A stretch of DNA of 64,000 bases from Opitutia bacterium. GTDB taxonomy: Bacteria > Verrucomicrobiota > Verrucomicrobiia > Opitutales > Opitutaceae. The DNA is taken from contig CANJVR010000003.1 in NCBI GenBank assembly GCA_947478395.1, positions 64,001 to 128,000 of the forward strand, written 5' to 3'. Under the pieces are notes generated by a model that saw only the letters and a program-made list of their open reading frames with translations, searched no databases and was not told where the DNA came from. Made by a program: the position numbers and the translations under genes. The first letter of the stretch is position 1. Each line of letters begins with the position of its first letter. Of the stretch, positions 54,007 to 63,799 are shown one piece after another.

Positions 54007-57000
54007 TTAGAAGTCGACCGTGGTCGTGAAGACGAACTTCCGCGGCTCCGGATTCTGGAAGCCGGTCAGCACCTGCATGCGGGGATTCGATCCCGCAACG
54101 GCGAGTGCGGTGGTGCTACTCTGGTTCGTCATCTGGCCGGCGTTGATCACGCTGTAGCCGCTCCAATCCGGGGTGTCTCTGTTCAAGATGTTCGTGATGT
54201 TGAGCTGGATGCGCGCCTGATACTTTCCAAAACGGCGCGTGTAGTTGGCGCCCACGTTGTTCGTCAGCTGCGACGGCACATAGAGGTAGTCGTAAGCGGC
54301 CGCGACCGTCTGAGCGGTGGTGATGGTGGCAGCCGTGGTCTGGAACTTGAGTCGCGGGTCGCGGCTACCCACCTTGGCGCTGCCGCGCCAGCTGACACCG
54401 CCGGTGAGGGCGAGGCCACGCAGTGTCCCTTCCCGGAAGGCATAACGGGAGTTGATCGAGCCGCGATGGAGCGGACCGTTGCCGATCGTGCCGGAGGTCA
54501 GGCCATTGAGGCCGTCCTCGATCTGGGAAATCGCGGTTTGGATTGCCGACTGGCTGACAATCTGCCGCTTGGTGCCGGGAACGATGGCGCCGTCGGGCAG
54601 GGCCGCACCCGCCTGCCATTCCTTAAGGTTCTCGGCGAGGTATTGGCGAAGATAGAACCGCTCGTTGACGGTCTGTACGCGCGGATGGCCGTAGTTTGCG
54701 CTCATGGTCCAATTGGCCGTGGGATTCGCCGTGAACGTGGCCTCGGTGCCGGAAAGATCGCGGTCCGAAGTGTCGCGGTACTGGTTGGATGCGAAAGCGG
54801 TCTTGGCGGGGTCGGTGTAGCCGAGATTTATCCAAATATCCTGGATTTGGGTGCCGTTTGCCATGGTGCCCAGGTTGCCGAGATTCTCGGTGAAGTACCG
54901 CCGGAATTCGAAGTAAGCCTTGCCGCCGGGGATCGAGTAACGCACCGCGTAGTCGGTGGTCGTCGCGAAGGGCGCCTTCGGTTCCGCGCCGGTGTAGAAA
55001 AGGCCAGCGCCGGTCGCGCGGTTGTTTTCCGAGTAGTTCCACACGAGCTTGATGGGGCTGAGCCAGCGCTGTACGAGGTTGCCGTCGCGCGCCCAGCTCG
55101 CCGGAAACGGAGTGCCCACTACGCCATAAGCTTTGGAGCCGATATCGTTGTTTACGATGGTCGCGTAGCCGTCCTCATTAAGCCCGGTGGCGGGGTTCAG
55201 CGCGCCCACATACCGCTTGTAGTTATTGTTGGGGTCACTGTTGCTACCATTAATGCTGATGCCGCCTTTATTTCTGTTCCGGAGGTAATCCGCCTTGTAG
55301 TTGCCACTGATTACCAAGCGTTCCCGGAAGAACGAGGTCGTGGAGAAGATGGCCCAACTGTTGGTTTTGCTTGTGTTATCGGCGTGCCATCCCGCGCTGC
55401 CGTAATTGCCCCAGGTCGTGCCGGGCATCATGGCGTTCAAGGCCGCCTGAGTGATGATGGGCTGCATGAGGGGCTTCGGGTCATCGTAGTAGGTGCGCAA
55501 GTTGAGCGCGTTTACACTGTTGAGGGGATCGAGCTGCGCGGGATTGTTGTTCCGGCGCCACGTACGGGACCAAGCCTCATAGGGTCCCGACCGGTAACTA
55601 TAGATGCCAGTGAATGACTGGTGGAGATCGAAGAACCGCGGTGCGGAAAAGCGATACGTCATCTCGGCAACATAGTCACGGTTGGTATTCTGCTGATACT
55701 GGCTCCCACCCCCACCCCACTCGCTGTACGCTTTCATGAACTTGGGATTGGGCGTGCCGTCAGGGAGGAGCTTGTTGATGTCGATGCGGTACTGGGTGGG
55801 GGCGGAGAAGTCGCCCCAGTAGGTGTCATTATCGGTATCGCTGCCCGACCAAGTCAGACGCGCCGTCCAATCGGGGGAAAACGAATGATCGAGCGCCAAC
55901 GTCCTGGCATTGAGGTCGCGGTCGGCGAAATCATCCGCCGGCCCGAGCCAGAATTTCTTGTCGAAGCCTTTGAGCATGTTGGCACCCCCGGCCCACTCGG
56001 TGGGGATGTTGGGGTTGCCCCCCCATGGAATGTTGTAGCCAAGACCATTGGTCTGGTACTGCGTAGCGCTGCGATAATTAATCAGGCTCTTCGTGGCGAA
56101 ATTATACACGAGACGATCGGTGGTCGCGCTGATCACGCTGATGCCGGCGGCCGCAGTGGTGGCGATCACGGAGTTGTTCTGATTCACGGTGGTGCGGTCC
56201 CAGAGGTTCTGCTGGTCGGTGTAGGTGCGCCGATACTGGTTGTTCCACTCCCCGCTTCGCTCGAACTGGAAGCTCAGGTTGGTCTTGGGGGCCACCTTTA
56301 ATTCCGCCCTGAGGGTAATGGCATTCTGCTTAAGCTCGACGCCCTTCTGGACGTTCTTGACGTTTTGGTGGAGCGCATTCACGCGCACGCCAAAACGATC
56401 TTTGCCGACGTTAAAATCGACCTCCCCGCGATACCCACCGAAGCTATCCAAACGCGTCCTCACGCTCCTTGTAACGGAATTGTAGCGCAACCGCTTGCTG
56501 GAGCTGGACACCAATCCGCCGGAATTACCCGACCCGGCCTGGCCGGCATTGGGACCGCTCACAACCTCGAAACGCTCGGAGTTGTAACCGTCCGCCACGA
56601 AGAATTGCGTGACGCCGTCGCGAATCGGATAAGCGCCACCGACGCCCGCCCCGCGGATGTTGAACTCGTTGCGGTTGCCGCCGAAGGGGCCATCGCCACC
56701 GAAGTTGGGCAGATCCACGTTCATCGTCCACTGGGCGGCATCCTGCATATCGGCGATCCCGAAATCATCCATGAATTCCTTGGTCATGACCTGGATGGAA
56801 ACCGGACTGAGGTCCAGCGGCGTATCGATCCGGCCGCCGGAGAGCGTGTTGCCCGCCGCGTAACCGCGGTCCTTCTGCGTGCTCACCTCAAAAGGCGTAA
56901 GCACGATGGCGCCGTCTTTCACGTCGCTGGCCGGGGTGGTGACGGCGGTGGTTGGGGCCGGGGCCGTCTGCGCGTGGATGCTGGACAACAAGGCGCCAAG

Positions 57001-57060
57001 GGCGCCGACGAAAGCTGCGTAACGACGAAACGCCGTTGGCCGCGGGAATAGCGATATCAT
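54007..57060 (-). CDS. TonB-dependent receptor (Opitutaceae type)
   Basis: Signal peptide, VLTPFEV..KDRGYAAGNTLSGGRIDT, C-terminal PRKFVFTTTVDF. Confidence 0.88.
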   Translation of the reverse strand: MISLFPRPTAFRRYAAFVGALGALLSSIHAQTAPAPTTAVTTPASDVKDGAIVLTPFEVSTQKDRGYAAGNTLSGGRIDTPLDLSPVSIQVMTKEFMDDFGIADMQDAAQWTMNVDLPNFGGDGPFGGNRNEFNIRGAGVGGAYPIRDGVTQFFVADGYNSERFEVVSGPNAGQAGSGNSGGLVSSSSKRLRYNSVTRSVRTRLDSFGGYRGEVDFNVGKDRFGVRVNALHQNVKNVQKGVELKQNAITLRAELKVAPKTNLSFQFERSGEWNNQYRRTYTDQQNLWDRTTVNQNNSVIATTAAAGISVISATTDRLVYNFATKSLINYRSATQYQTNGLGYNIPWGGNPNIPTEWAGGANMLKGFDKKFWLGPADDFADRDLNARTLALDHSFSPDWTARLTWSGSDTDNDTYWGDFSAPTQYRIDINKLLPDGTPNPKFMKAYSEWGGGGSQYQQNTNRDYVAEMTYRFSAPRFFDLHQSFTGIYSYRSGPYEAWSRTWRRNNNPAQLDPLNSVNALNLRTYYDDPKPLMQPIITQAALNAMMPGTTWGNYGSAGWHADNTSKTNSWAIFSTTSFFRERLVISGNYKADYLRNRNKGGISINGSNSDPNNNYKRYVGALNPATGLNEDGYATIVNNDIGSKAYGVVGTPFPASWARDGNLVQRWLSPIKLVWNYSENNRATGAGLFYTGAEPKAPFATTTDYAVRYSIPGGKAYFEFRRYFTENLGNLGTMANGTQIQDIWINLGYTDPAKTAFASNQYRDTSDRDLSGTEATFTANPTANWTMSANYGHPRVQTVNERFYLRQYLAENLKEWQAGAALPDGAIVPGTKRQIVSQSAIQTAISQIEDGLNGLTSGTIGNGPLHRGSINSRYAFREGTLRGLALTGGVSWRGSAKVGSRDPRLKFQTTAATITTAQTVAAAYDYLYVPSQLTNNVGANYTRRFGKYQARIQLNITNILNRDTPDWSGYSVINAGQMTNQSSTTALAVAGSNPRMQVLTGFQNPEPRKFVFTTTVDF

Positions 57061-57251
57061 GATGGGGTACTAGCGGGAAAAGATTCCGACGCCCCGCCGA
57101 CGCGGCACAAAATGCCAGTCGAGGATTTGTCGGAATCGGTTGGGGTTGGGTAGGGGGAAAAGGAATACCCAGCCGCGCTTAATCGCGCAGCCGGGCATTT
57201 CTTTACGACCCCTCTACGAGATAAATGAACGAGCGCATAGTAAAGTTAATT

Positions 57252-57267
57252 CCCCCCCCCCCCCCCC
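57252..57267. repeat. Homopolymer C16 (G16 on the coding strand)
   Basis: 16 consecutive C flanked by AT-rich sequence, about 190 nt upstream of the TBDR start. Confidence 0.9.
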
Positions 57268-57418
57268 GAAGATTTATAGGCTCATACCGTAAACTCGTTC
57301 TTGAGGGCGGACCGGCGCGCCTTGTGGCCTATCGAAAACCCGTTCCATAACGCCTAACAATGAGACCCGATCTGGCTGTGCTAATCTGGTACCCACCGGC
57401 GGGGACCGATGTTCGCCC

Positions 57419-57452
57419 AAAAAAAGAGCCCGGCGCAAAGCGCCGGGCTCTT
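57419..57452 (-). terminator. Intrinsic terminator of TBDR 57482-60565
   Basis: AAGAGCCCGGCGC-AAA-GCGCCGGGCTCTT with a T-tail on the minus strand. Confidence 0.88.
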
Positions 57453-57481
57453 GAGAGTGACACGCGCTCGAGCGCGGGTCT

Positions 57482-60400
57482 TTAGAAGTTGATCGTCGTC
57501 GAGAAGACGAACTTCCGGGGCTCGTACTGGGTGAACCCGTTCAATACTTGCATGCGCGGATTGGAACCCGACACCGTCAGCGCGTTAGCATCGTTCTGAT
57601 TCGTCAACTGGCCGGCGTTGATTACGCCGTACGACGAGAAGATCGGATCGTCGTTGTTGAGGATGTTAGTGATATTGAGTTGGAAGCGGGCTTGATACTT
57701 TCCAAAACGATACTCGTAGTTAACGCCCATATTGTTCGTGATTTGCGATGGCGCATAAAGGTAGTCGTAGGCGGCCGCCTGAGTCTGGGCCACGGTGGGA
57801 GCGGTCGTCTGGAACTTAAGACGCGGATCGCGGCTACCCACCTTGGCGCTGCCGCGCCAGCTGAGACCGCCGCTCAGACCAAGACCCTTCAGCGTGCCTT
57901 CCCGGAAACGATAGCTCGACGAGAGGGTACCGCGGTAGAGTGGACCGTTACCGATTGTGCCAGAAGTAAGGCCGTTCAGGCCGTTGTCGATGTTCTGAAG
58001 CGCGTTTACGATCGCCGCCTGGCTTAGAATAACCCGATTGGTGCCGGGAACCGTGGCGCCGTCGGCGAGCTTCGCACCCGCGTCGAACTCTGCCCGATGC
58101 TCGGCCATATAACGACGGAGGAAGGGGCGTTCGTTGACGGTCTGCACTCTGGGATGCCCCAAGTTCGCCCGCAGCGTCCAACTGTTCGTCGGATTGGCCG
58201 TGATTTCGACTTCGGTACCCGACAGATCGCGGTCAGAGGTATCGCGGTAGCTGTTGGAGCTGAAATCATAGGTATCGCCACCGGAGAGATAACCGAGGTT
58301 ACGATAGATCGTCTGGATGTCCGCGGTGTTCGGCATGCTGATGAGGTTACCGGTATTCTTGGTGAAGTAGCGCCGGAAATCAGCGTAAACTTTACCGCCG
58401 GGAATTGAATAACGAATGGCGTAACTCTTCTCACTGGAGAAGGGCGCACCAGGGGTTTCGCCGGTATAAAACGGACCACCACTAGTCGGCTCACGGTTAT
58501 TCTCGGCGTAATTATACACGAACTTGATGGCGCTCAGCCAAGGCCACCGCTGAGGAAACGGGCTGATCACCGTGCCATAGGCAAAGCTGTCAACCGACGC
58601 GCTGAACTTGGACTGGTAGCCGATCTCCGGAACCTTCGTGGCAGGGTTAACGTTACCAATATAGCGTTTAAAACCGTCCAGAGGATTGTTGGCACGACCG
58701 CCGATGGTGATGCCGTTCTTGTCGGCATTCATGATTTTATCCCGCCGGAAATTCCCAGTGATGATAAGGCGATCTTGGAAAAATGAGGTGTTGGAGTAGA
58801 TAGCCCCGTTTCTTCCAGCTCTCACACTGTCAGCAAACCATCCCGTGCCGTCGACATTGGCCCAATTCGTTCCAGGCAGCATGGCGTTCAATCCCGCCTG
58901 ATTGATGAGCGGCTGAAGGTGGGGCTGCGCATCACCGTAGTAGGTGCGCAAGGTGAGGGCATTGACGGCATTAAGTGCATCGGACTGCAGAGGATTGTTG
59001 ATGCGGCGCCACGTGCGGGACCACGCCGTATAGGTACCCGTCTTGTAGTCGAAGATAGCATTGATACCTTGCTTGAGGTCGAACCAGCGCGGGATGCGGA
59101 AGTTGTAGCTCAACTCAGCAATATAGTCGTCGTTGTCGTTGGCCTGATACTGGCTTCCGCCGGCGCCCCACTCGCTGTAACGGCGCAGGTAGTTGGGATT
59201 GTTTGCGCCACTGGGCAGGAGGCGGTTGACGTCGATTTTGACGTCGCCGGGCTGGGCGAAGTCGCCCCAATAGGTGACGGGGTCGACATCACTGGCATTC
59301 CACGTCACACGCAGCGTAAGATTGGGCGTGAAGGTATGAGTGAGGGAAACGTTCCGGGTATTGTTGTCGCGATCGGCGAAATTATCCACCGGCCCGAGCC
59401 AAAAAGTCTTCCCGAAGCTCCTGATCATGTTGGCGCCGCCAAACCAGTCTTGGGGCACATTGTAATTCCCCTTCCACGGGATCTGGTAACCCAAGCCGGT
59501 GGTCTGATACTGATTGCCCACGTAGTTAATCAGCGATTTCGTCGCGAAATTATAGGTGAGGCGATCATTGGTCGCACTGATAATGCTCAGACCCGTACCG
59601 ATTTGGCCTGCGGGCGTCGCCGGCAGCGCGGTGTTATCCAAGTTAACCGTTTTGCGGTCCCAGAAATTTTGGTTGTCGCCGTACGTTGTGCGATACTGGG
59701 TGTTCCACTCGTTGCTTCTCTCGTATTGCGCCGTCAGGAGAGTTTTGGGCGTCAGGCTGTATTCCGCTCTGACGGTAAGGCCCTTGTGCTTCTTGGACGT
59801 GCCTTCCTGCATGGATTTCGTATTTTCGTAGAGGTAATTCATGCGCATACCGAAGCGCTCCGCGCCGAAGTTGTAATCGAGCGTGCCGCGATAACCCTGG
59901 AAGGAATCAACGCGCGTTGTCACGCTCCCGGAGCGATTGTTGAACCGGACTCGCTTGCTCGAACTGCCGACCAAGCCGCCAGAATTACCCAGGCCGCCCA
60001 TGCCGGCGTTCGGGCCGCTCGTGATCTCAAAGCGGTCTGAGTTGTAGCTATCCGCCACGAAGTATTGTGGGACGCCGTCACGGAGCGGATAATTGCCGCT
60101 GCCGCCCGCACCACGGGTGTTGAATTCGAAGCGAGAGCCGCCGAAAGGCGCATCGTTGCCCTCAGGTACATCGACGTTCATGGTCCACTTCGCCGCGTCG
60201 GCGAAATCAGTGATCCCGAAATCGTTCATGAATTCCTTCGTCATGACTTGGATGGAACTCGGAGTCAGGTCCAACGGCGTGCTCGTACGGCCGCCTGCCA
60301 GCGTGTTACCAGCGGCGTAACCCCGATCTTTTTCCGTGCTGACCTGGAAAGGCGTCAGTACGACTGTATCGCTTTTGCGGCTCTCATCGAGGGCGGCCAT

Positions 60401-60565
60401 TTCATTGGCGTCGATCACGCCGTTTTTATTCAGGTCGTATTTCGCGAGCTCAGCGGCCGTAGGCGCTGCTGATTGCGCCTGCAAGCAGGGCAAGAGGGCG
60501 GCGAATCCACCGAGGAGTGCAACATAGCGGCGAAGCGCCGCCAGTGGTAGGCGTACAGGTGTCAT
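57482..60565 (-). CDS. TonB-dependent receptor (Opitutaceae type) with N-terminal EF-hand-like motif
   Basis: KYDLNKNGVIDANE, VLTPFQV..KDRGYAAGNTLAGGR, C-terminal PRKFVFSTTINF; clear paralogue of 54007-57060. Confidence 0.88.
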   Translation of the reverse strand: MTPVRLPLAALRRYVALLGGFAALLPCLQAQSAAPTAAELAKYDLNKNGVIDANEMAALDESRKSDTVVLTPFQVSTEKDRGYAAGNTLAGGRTSTPLDLTPSSIQVMTKEFMNDFGITDFADAAKWTMNVDVPEGNDAPFGGSRFEFNTRGAGGSGNYPLRDGVPQYFVADSYNSDRFEITSGPNAGMGGLGNSGGLVGSSSKRVRFNNRSGSVTTRVDSFQGYRGTLDYNFGAERFGMRMNYLYENTKSMQEGTSKKHKGLTVRAEYSLTPKTLLTAQYERSNEWNTQYRTTYGDNQNFWDRKTVNLDNTALPATPAGQIGTGLSIISATNDRLTYNFATKSLINYVGNQYQTTGLGYQIPWKGNYNVPQDWFGGANMIRSFGKTFWLGPVDNFADRDNNTRNVSLTHTFTPNLTLRVTWNASDVDPVTYWGDFAQPGDVKIDVNRLLPSGANNPNYLRRYSEWGAGGSQYQANDNDDYIAELSYNFRIPRWFDLKQGINAIFDYKTGTYTAWSRTWRRINNPLQSDALNAVNALTLRTYYGDAQPHLQPLINQAGLNAMLPGTNWANVDGTGWFADSVRAGRNGAIYSNTSFFQDRLIITGNFRRDKIMNADKNGITIGGRANNPLDGFKRYIGNVNPATKVPEIGYQSKFSASVDSFAYGTVISPFPQRWPWLSAIKFVYNYAENNREPTSGGPFYTGETPGAPFSSEKSYAIRYSIPGGKVYADFRRYFTKNTGNLISMPNTADIQTIYRNLGYLSGGDTYDFSSNSYRDTSDRDLSGTEVEITANPTNSWTLRANLGHPRVQTVNERPFLRRYMAEHRAEFDAGAKLADGATVPGTNRVILSQAAIVNALQNIDNGLNGLTSGTIGNGPLYRGTLSSSYRFREGTLKGLGLSGGLSWRGSAKVGSRDPRLKFQTTAPTVAQTQAAAYDYLYAPSQITNNMGVNYEYRFGKYQARFQLNITNILNNDDPIFSSYGVINAGQLTNQNDANALTVSGSNPRMQVLNGFTQYEPRKFVFSTTINF

Positions 60566-60750
60566 AGTTGTGTTATAGTCTTCCGGGGGAGACGCCGCAG
60601 GCTTGGTAGAGCCGACGAATGTCTCTTGGGATCGTTTGTTTGGGGGTAGCTAAAGCGAAGTGTCGACCCAGCACAGGAGCCGGTCCGACACTTCCGTCGC
60701 GCAAACGCAGCACGAATCTAAAATCAAGCGATCCTGAAATCTAAGTTATC

Positions 60751-60762
60751 TGTAACGTAACC
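60751..60762. promoter_or_regulatory. Possible LacI-family operator
   Basis: TGTAACGTAACC, imperfect palindrome with central CG, between the divergent TBDR and LacI genes. Confidence 0.35.
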
Positions 60763-61169
60763 GGCTCCACTTCCCGGAGGAAATCCCCTCGCCCGACGCC
60801 TTTTAGACCCTTTCTTTCTAGTCCGAGCGACCAAGAAACGCATCAGCGGCCCGCGATTGTTTTCGCCAAGCGTGCATCTCAAAATGTTCTATTGCTTACT
60901 ATTCTGAGCGCGGAGAAAAATCCGGCCGTAGGTTCGCACGCCCCGAAACCGCCGCCAAGATCCAGTTGAATTCTTCGCTGCGTTCCGAATGACAGACTTT
61001 TTCTAAACACCCTTCAAAAGCCATTCCGCATCACCCTCCGCCCGCGGGCCAGCGTACTACCCTAGATAGCTAAATTTCCCTTCTGCCCCCTCCGGCTCGA
61101 TTTTATGCCTCGGTTTTTTCGGGTGTGAATTTTCCGGCTTAACCATATCCCACCGCTGCTTTCGTCTCT

Positions 61170-62240
61170 ATGTCCCTCCCGGCAAATCCGCAGACCATCC
61201 GCTCGTTGGCTACGCAACTCAAGATCAGCGCGATGACGGTGTCCCGGGCGCTCCGGAATGCGGTGGGTGTGAGCGCTGCGACCCGCCAGCGCGTCCTCGC
61301 CGCCGCCGAAAAGCATGGTTACCGTCCCGATCCTTCGCTCGCAGTCCTGAATGCCTACCGTCGTAGCAAACGTCACCTGCTGCCCACCGAAACGATCGCA
61401 TACCTTAGTAATTTCCCCAAGGATGACGAATGGCGCCGCGTTTCCACATTTAACCGTTACTTCAGTGGCGTGCAGACGCGCGCCGCCGAACTCGGCTACA
61501 AGTTGGAAGATTTCTGGCTCAGCGGTCCCGAACTTACCGACCGGCGCGCGTCGCAGATTCTCAGCAGCCGGGGCATTCGCGGATTAATCATCGGGCCGCT
61601 CCACCGCGAGACCCCGTCGCTCGACCTCGACTGGTCCCAATTCGCCACGGTGGCGCTGGGCCGCAGCTTGGTCAGCCCGGCTATCACGGCGGTGTCGACC
61701 CATCACGCCCAAGCCGTCGAACTCGCCTGGCAAGAAGCCCGCGCACGCGGCTATCGTCGCATCGGGCTCGTGCTCACCGAAGACGAGGAAAAGCGCACGG
61801 CCGGTATGCTGCACGCCGCGCATTTAATCCAGCAGTCCCGCCACGCGGCCTGCGCATCATCCACTCTCATCACGCCCGATTTTTCCGGCCCCGCACTGGT
61901 TGGATGGGCGCGGTCGTTTCAACCGGATCTCGTCATGGCCAGCCATCCCCGCCACCACGAGTTGCTCGCGGAAGGTCTCGGGCCTGACATTCGCGGCGTC
62001 AAATTCCTCAACCTCGACGCAAATCCTCTTTCTGAAATCAGCGGCGTCGATCAGGGCCACGAACTCGTCGGCGCCGCCGCCGTCACCCTGCTCCACCACA
62101 AGCTTGTCCATCGTGAAGTGGGCATTACCCGACGCCGCGAACTCACGCTGATAGATGGAATATGGCAAGAAGGCCGCGGAGAAGAGCAACTCACTCAACG
62201 ACACGGCGCGCCTGTGTCGAAACCAGACCCACGCACGTAA
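61170..62240 (+). CDS. LacI-family transcriptional regulator
   Basis: TIRSLATQLKISAMTVSRALR HTH, GYRPDPSL, RGYRRIG. Confidence 0.9.
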   Translation: MSLPANPQTIRSLATQLKISAMTVSRALRNAVGVSAATRQRVLAAAEKHGYRPDPSLAVLNAYRRSKRHLLPTETIAYLSNFPKDDEWRRVSTFNRYFSGVQTRAAELGYKLEDFWLSGPELTDRRASQILSSRGIRGLIIGPLHRETPSLDLDWSQFATVALGRSLVSPAITAVSTHHAQAVELAWQEARARGYRRIGLVLTEDEEKRTAGMLHAAHLIQQSRHAACASSTLITPDFSGPALVGWARSFQPDLVMASHPRHHELLAEGLGPDIRGVKFLNLDANPLSEISGVDQGHELVGAAAVTLLHHKLVHREVGITRRRELTLIDGIWQEGRGEEQLTQRHGAPVSKPDPRT

Positions 62241-62288
62241 AAAAGCGCCCGAGCGCGGCGTTTTGGACGCGCTCGAAGCTGATAAGGC

Positions 62289-63440
62289 CTATCGGCCGAT
62301 GAACAAGACGTCCAAAAGCTGCGGACCGGCGTTCCCTCGACCGCCCGCTCCTGCCGTGTTCGGAGCGGCCGGCGGAGTCGTAGCTGCTGGCGGCGCGGAC
62401 GCAACGGGCGCGGGAGCCGCCGGCGATCCATTGGCTGCGGCCGTGGGCACGGCCTCGCGTGTAATGACAATAATGCGATTGGCCTTGGTATCCACCGTAC
62501 ACGTTTTTCCGCCGGCTTTGGTTTGAACGACTTCAGTCAGCGCGAATTCCGTGGGGCTGATTTCCTTGATCACACTCAGCGTGCCGTTGCCGTGCGAGCT
62601 GTAGGCCTCCATCGTGTTCGGATTAAAGCCGCCGCCGTCGCTGCTGCCCGCGAGCGCGAGCGTGGTGATGATCTTGCCGTCGATCGAGCTGAGGACGACG
62701 CAGGTCGGTGTCCCGCCCTGTCCGCCCCGGCACATTGCGAACAGAAGATGGTTTTTAATATCGATTGCCAGGCCCGCCGGACCGTTGCCCTTTTCACCCA
62801 AGTCGAAATGGCCGGTGACCTTGAGCGTTTTAGCATCAATCACGGCGATGTGGTGCATGTTCGCCACATCAAAAAAGAGATGACCCTCTCCGTCTGAGAC
62901 GCCCTGTTCGACGGACGCATTCACGCCGCCCGGAGCGATGGCCTCGACCGTGCCGACGACCGAGCCGTCTTTCGAATCGACGACGAGGAGATTCGGGGCG
63001 CGATGGCTGCCGATGACGAAACGATGCGTGAAGGAATCGAAAATATATCCATCCGCGCCCGGCGCCGGGATCGTTTTGATCGCCTGCAGTGTCTGGGTGT
63101 TGAAAAAGGTCGCGGGATTTCCCGAAACAAGGCCGGTGTGATTTTCAGGGTCGATTGAAACGCCATGCCCGGCCGCATTCGGCACGGTTCCGACGAGTTT
63201 ATAGCTGTCGAGGTCGAACACGTTGACGACGCTGCCGCATGAAACATAGACGCGGCGATTGGCGCTGTCCGCCGTGACGTAATCGATCCCGCCGGCGGCG
63301 GGGAGCTGCGTCGTGGTGATAATTTTGTAGGGCTGAATGGCCGAAGCCGCCGCCGCTGCGAGAGCAGCCAAGCTGAAAAATATGCACAGGCCAAAGGCGG
63401 CAGCGCCGCGCGTATCCATACCGGGAGGGGATTTTTTCAT
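62289..63440 (-). CDS. Secreted YncE/YVTN-like beta-propeller protein
   Basis: GGIDYVTAD..RRVYVS, HGVSID, PAGLAID, SHGNGTLSVI; Pro/Ala-rich GGRG tail. Confidence 0.82.
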   Translation of the reverse strand: MKKSPPGMDTRGAAAFGLCIFFSLAALAAAAASAIQPYKIITTTQLPAAGGIDYVTADSANRRVYVSCGSVVNVFDLDSYKLVGTVPNAAGHGVSIDPENHTGLVSGNPATFFNTQTLQAIKTIPAPGADGYIFDSFTHRFVIGSHRAPNLLVVDSKDGSVVGTVEAIAPGGVNASVEQGVSDGEGHLFFDVANMHHIAVIDAKTLKVTGHFDLGEKGNGPAGLAIDIKNHLLFAMCRGGQGGTPTCVVLSSIDGKIITTLALAGSSDGGGFNPNTMEAYSSHGNGTLSVIKEISPTEFALTEVVQTKAGGKTCTVDTKANRIIVITREAVPTAAANGSPAAPAPVASAPPAATTPPAAPNTAGAGGRGNAGPQLLDVLFIGR

Positions 63441-63799
63441 AGGGGAGATCTGAACATTGACCATGAATGGCCAACTTGGGATGGCGCGAACAAAACGGCT
63501 GGATGGCGAAAATGTAATCTGCTCCGCCGAGGTAGCGCTGAAATCTTTCCGCGCCCTACCCTAAAAATCATCCGGTCGGAAAAATTCCCGGCGGCTCGGT
63601 CAGATTCGGAATCGCATGGCGGATTTTCTTACCGCGAGATTAACGACCCCCGCCCCGGGTGCTTGCTGAGCGCGACTACGACCAAGCGGTGGCCTGCTGG
63701 ATCGCGTGAGAAATGATCGATCCACCCCGAAAATGCCCGGCAGCGGAATCGTTCGCTCCAGGAGCAGACGAGCGGTGCGGCGCCGAGCGCACGGAGCAG

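Noticed and set aside
54466..60472. Several long plus-strand ORFs opposite the tandem TBDRs
   Set aside because: Antisense shadows of codon-biased genes
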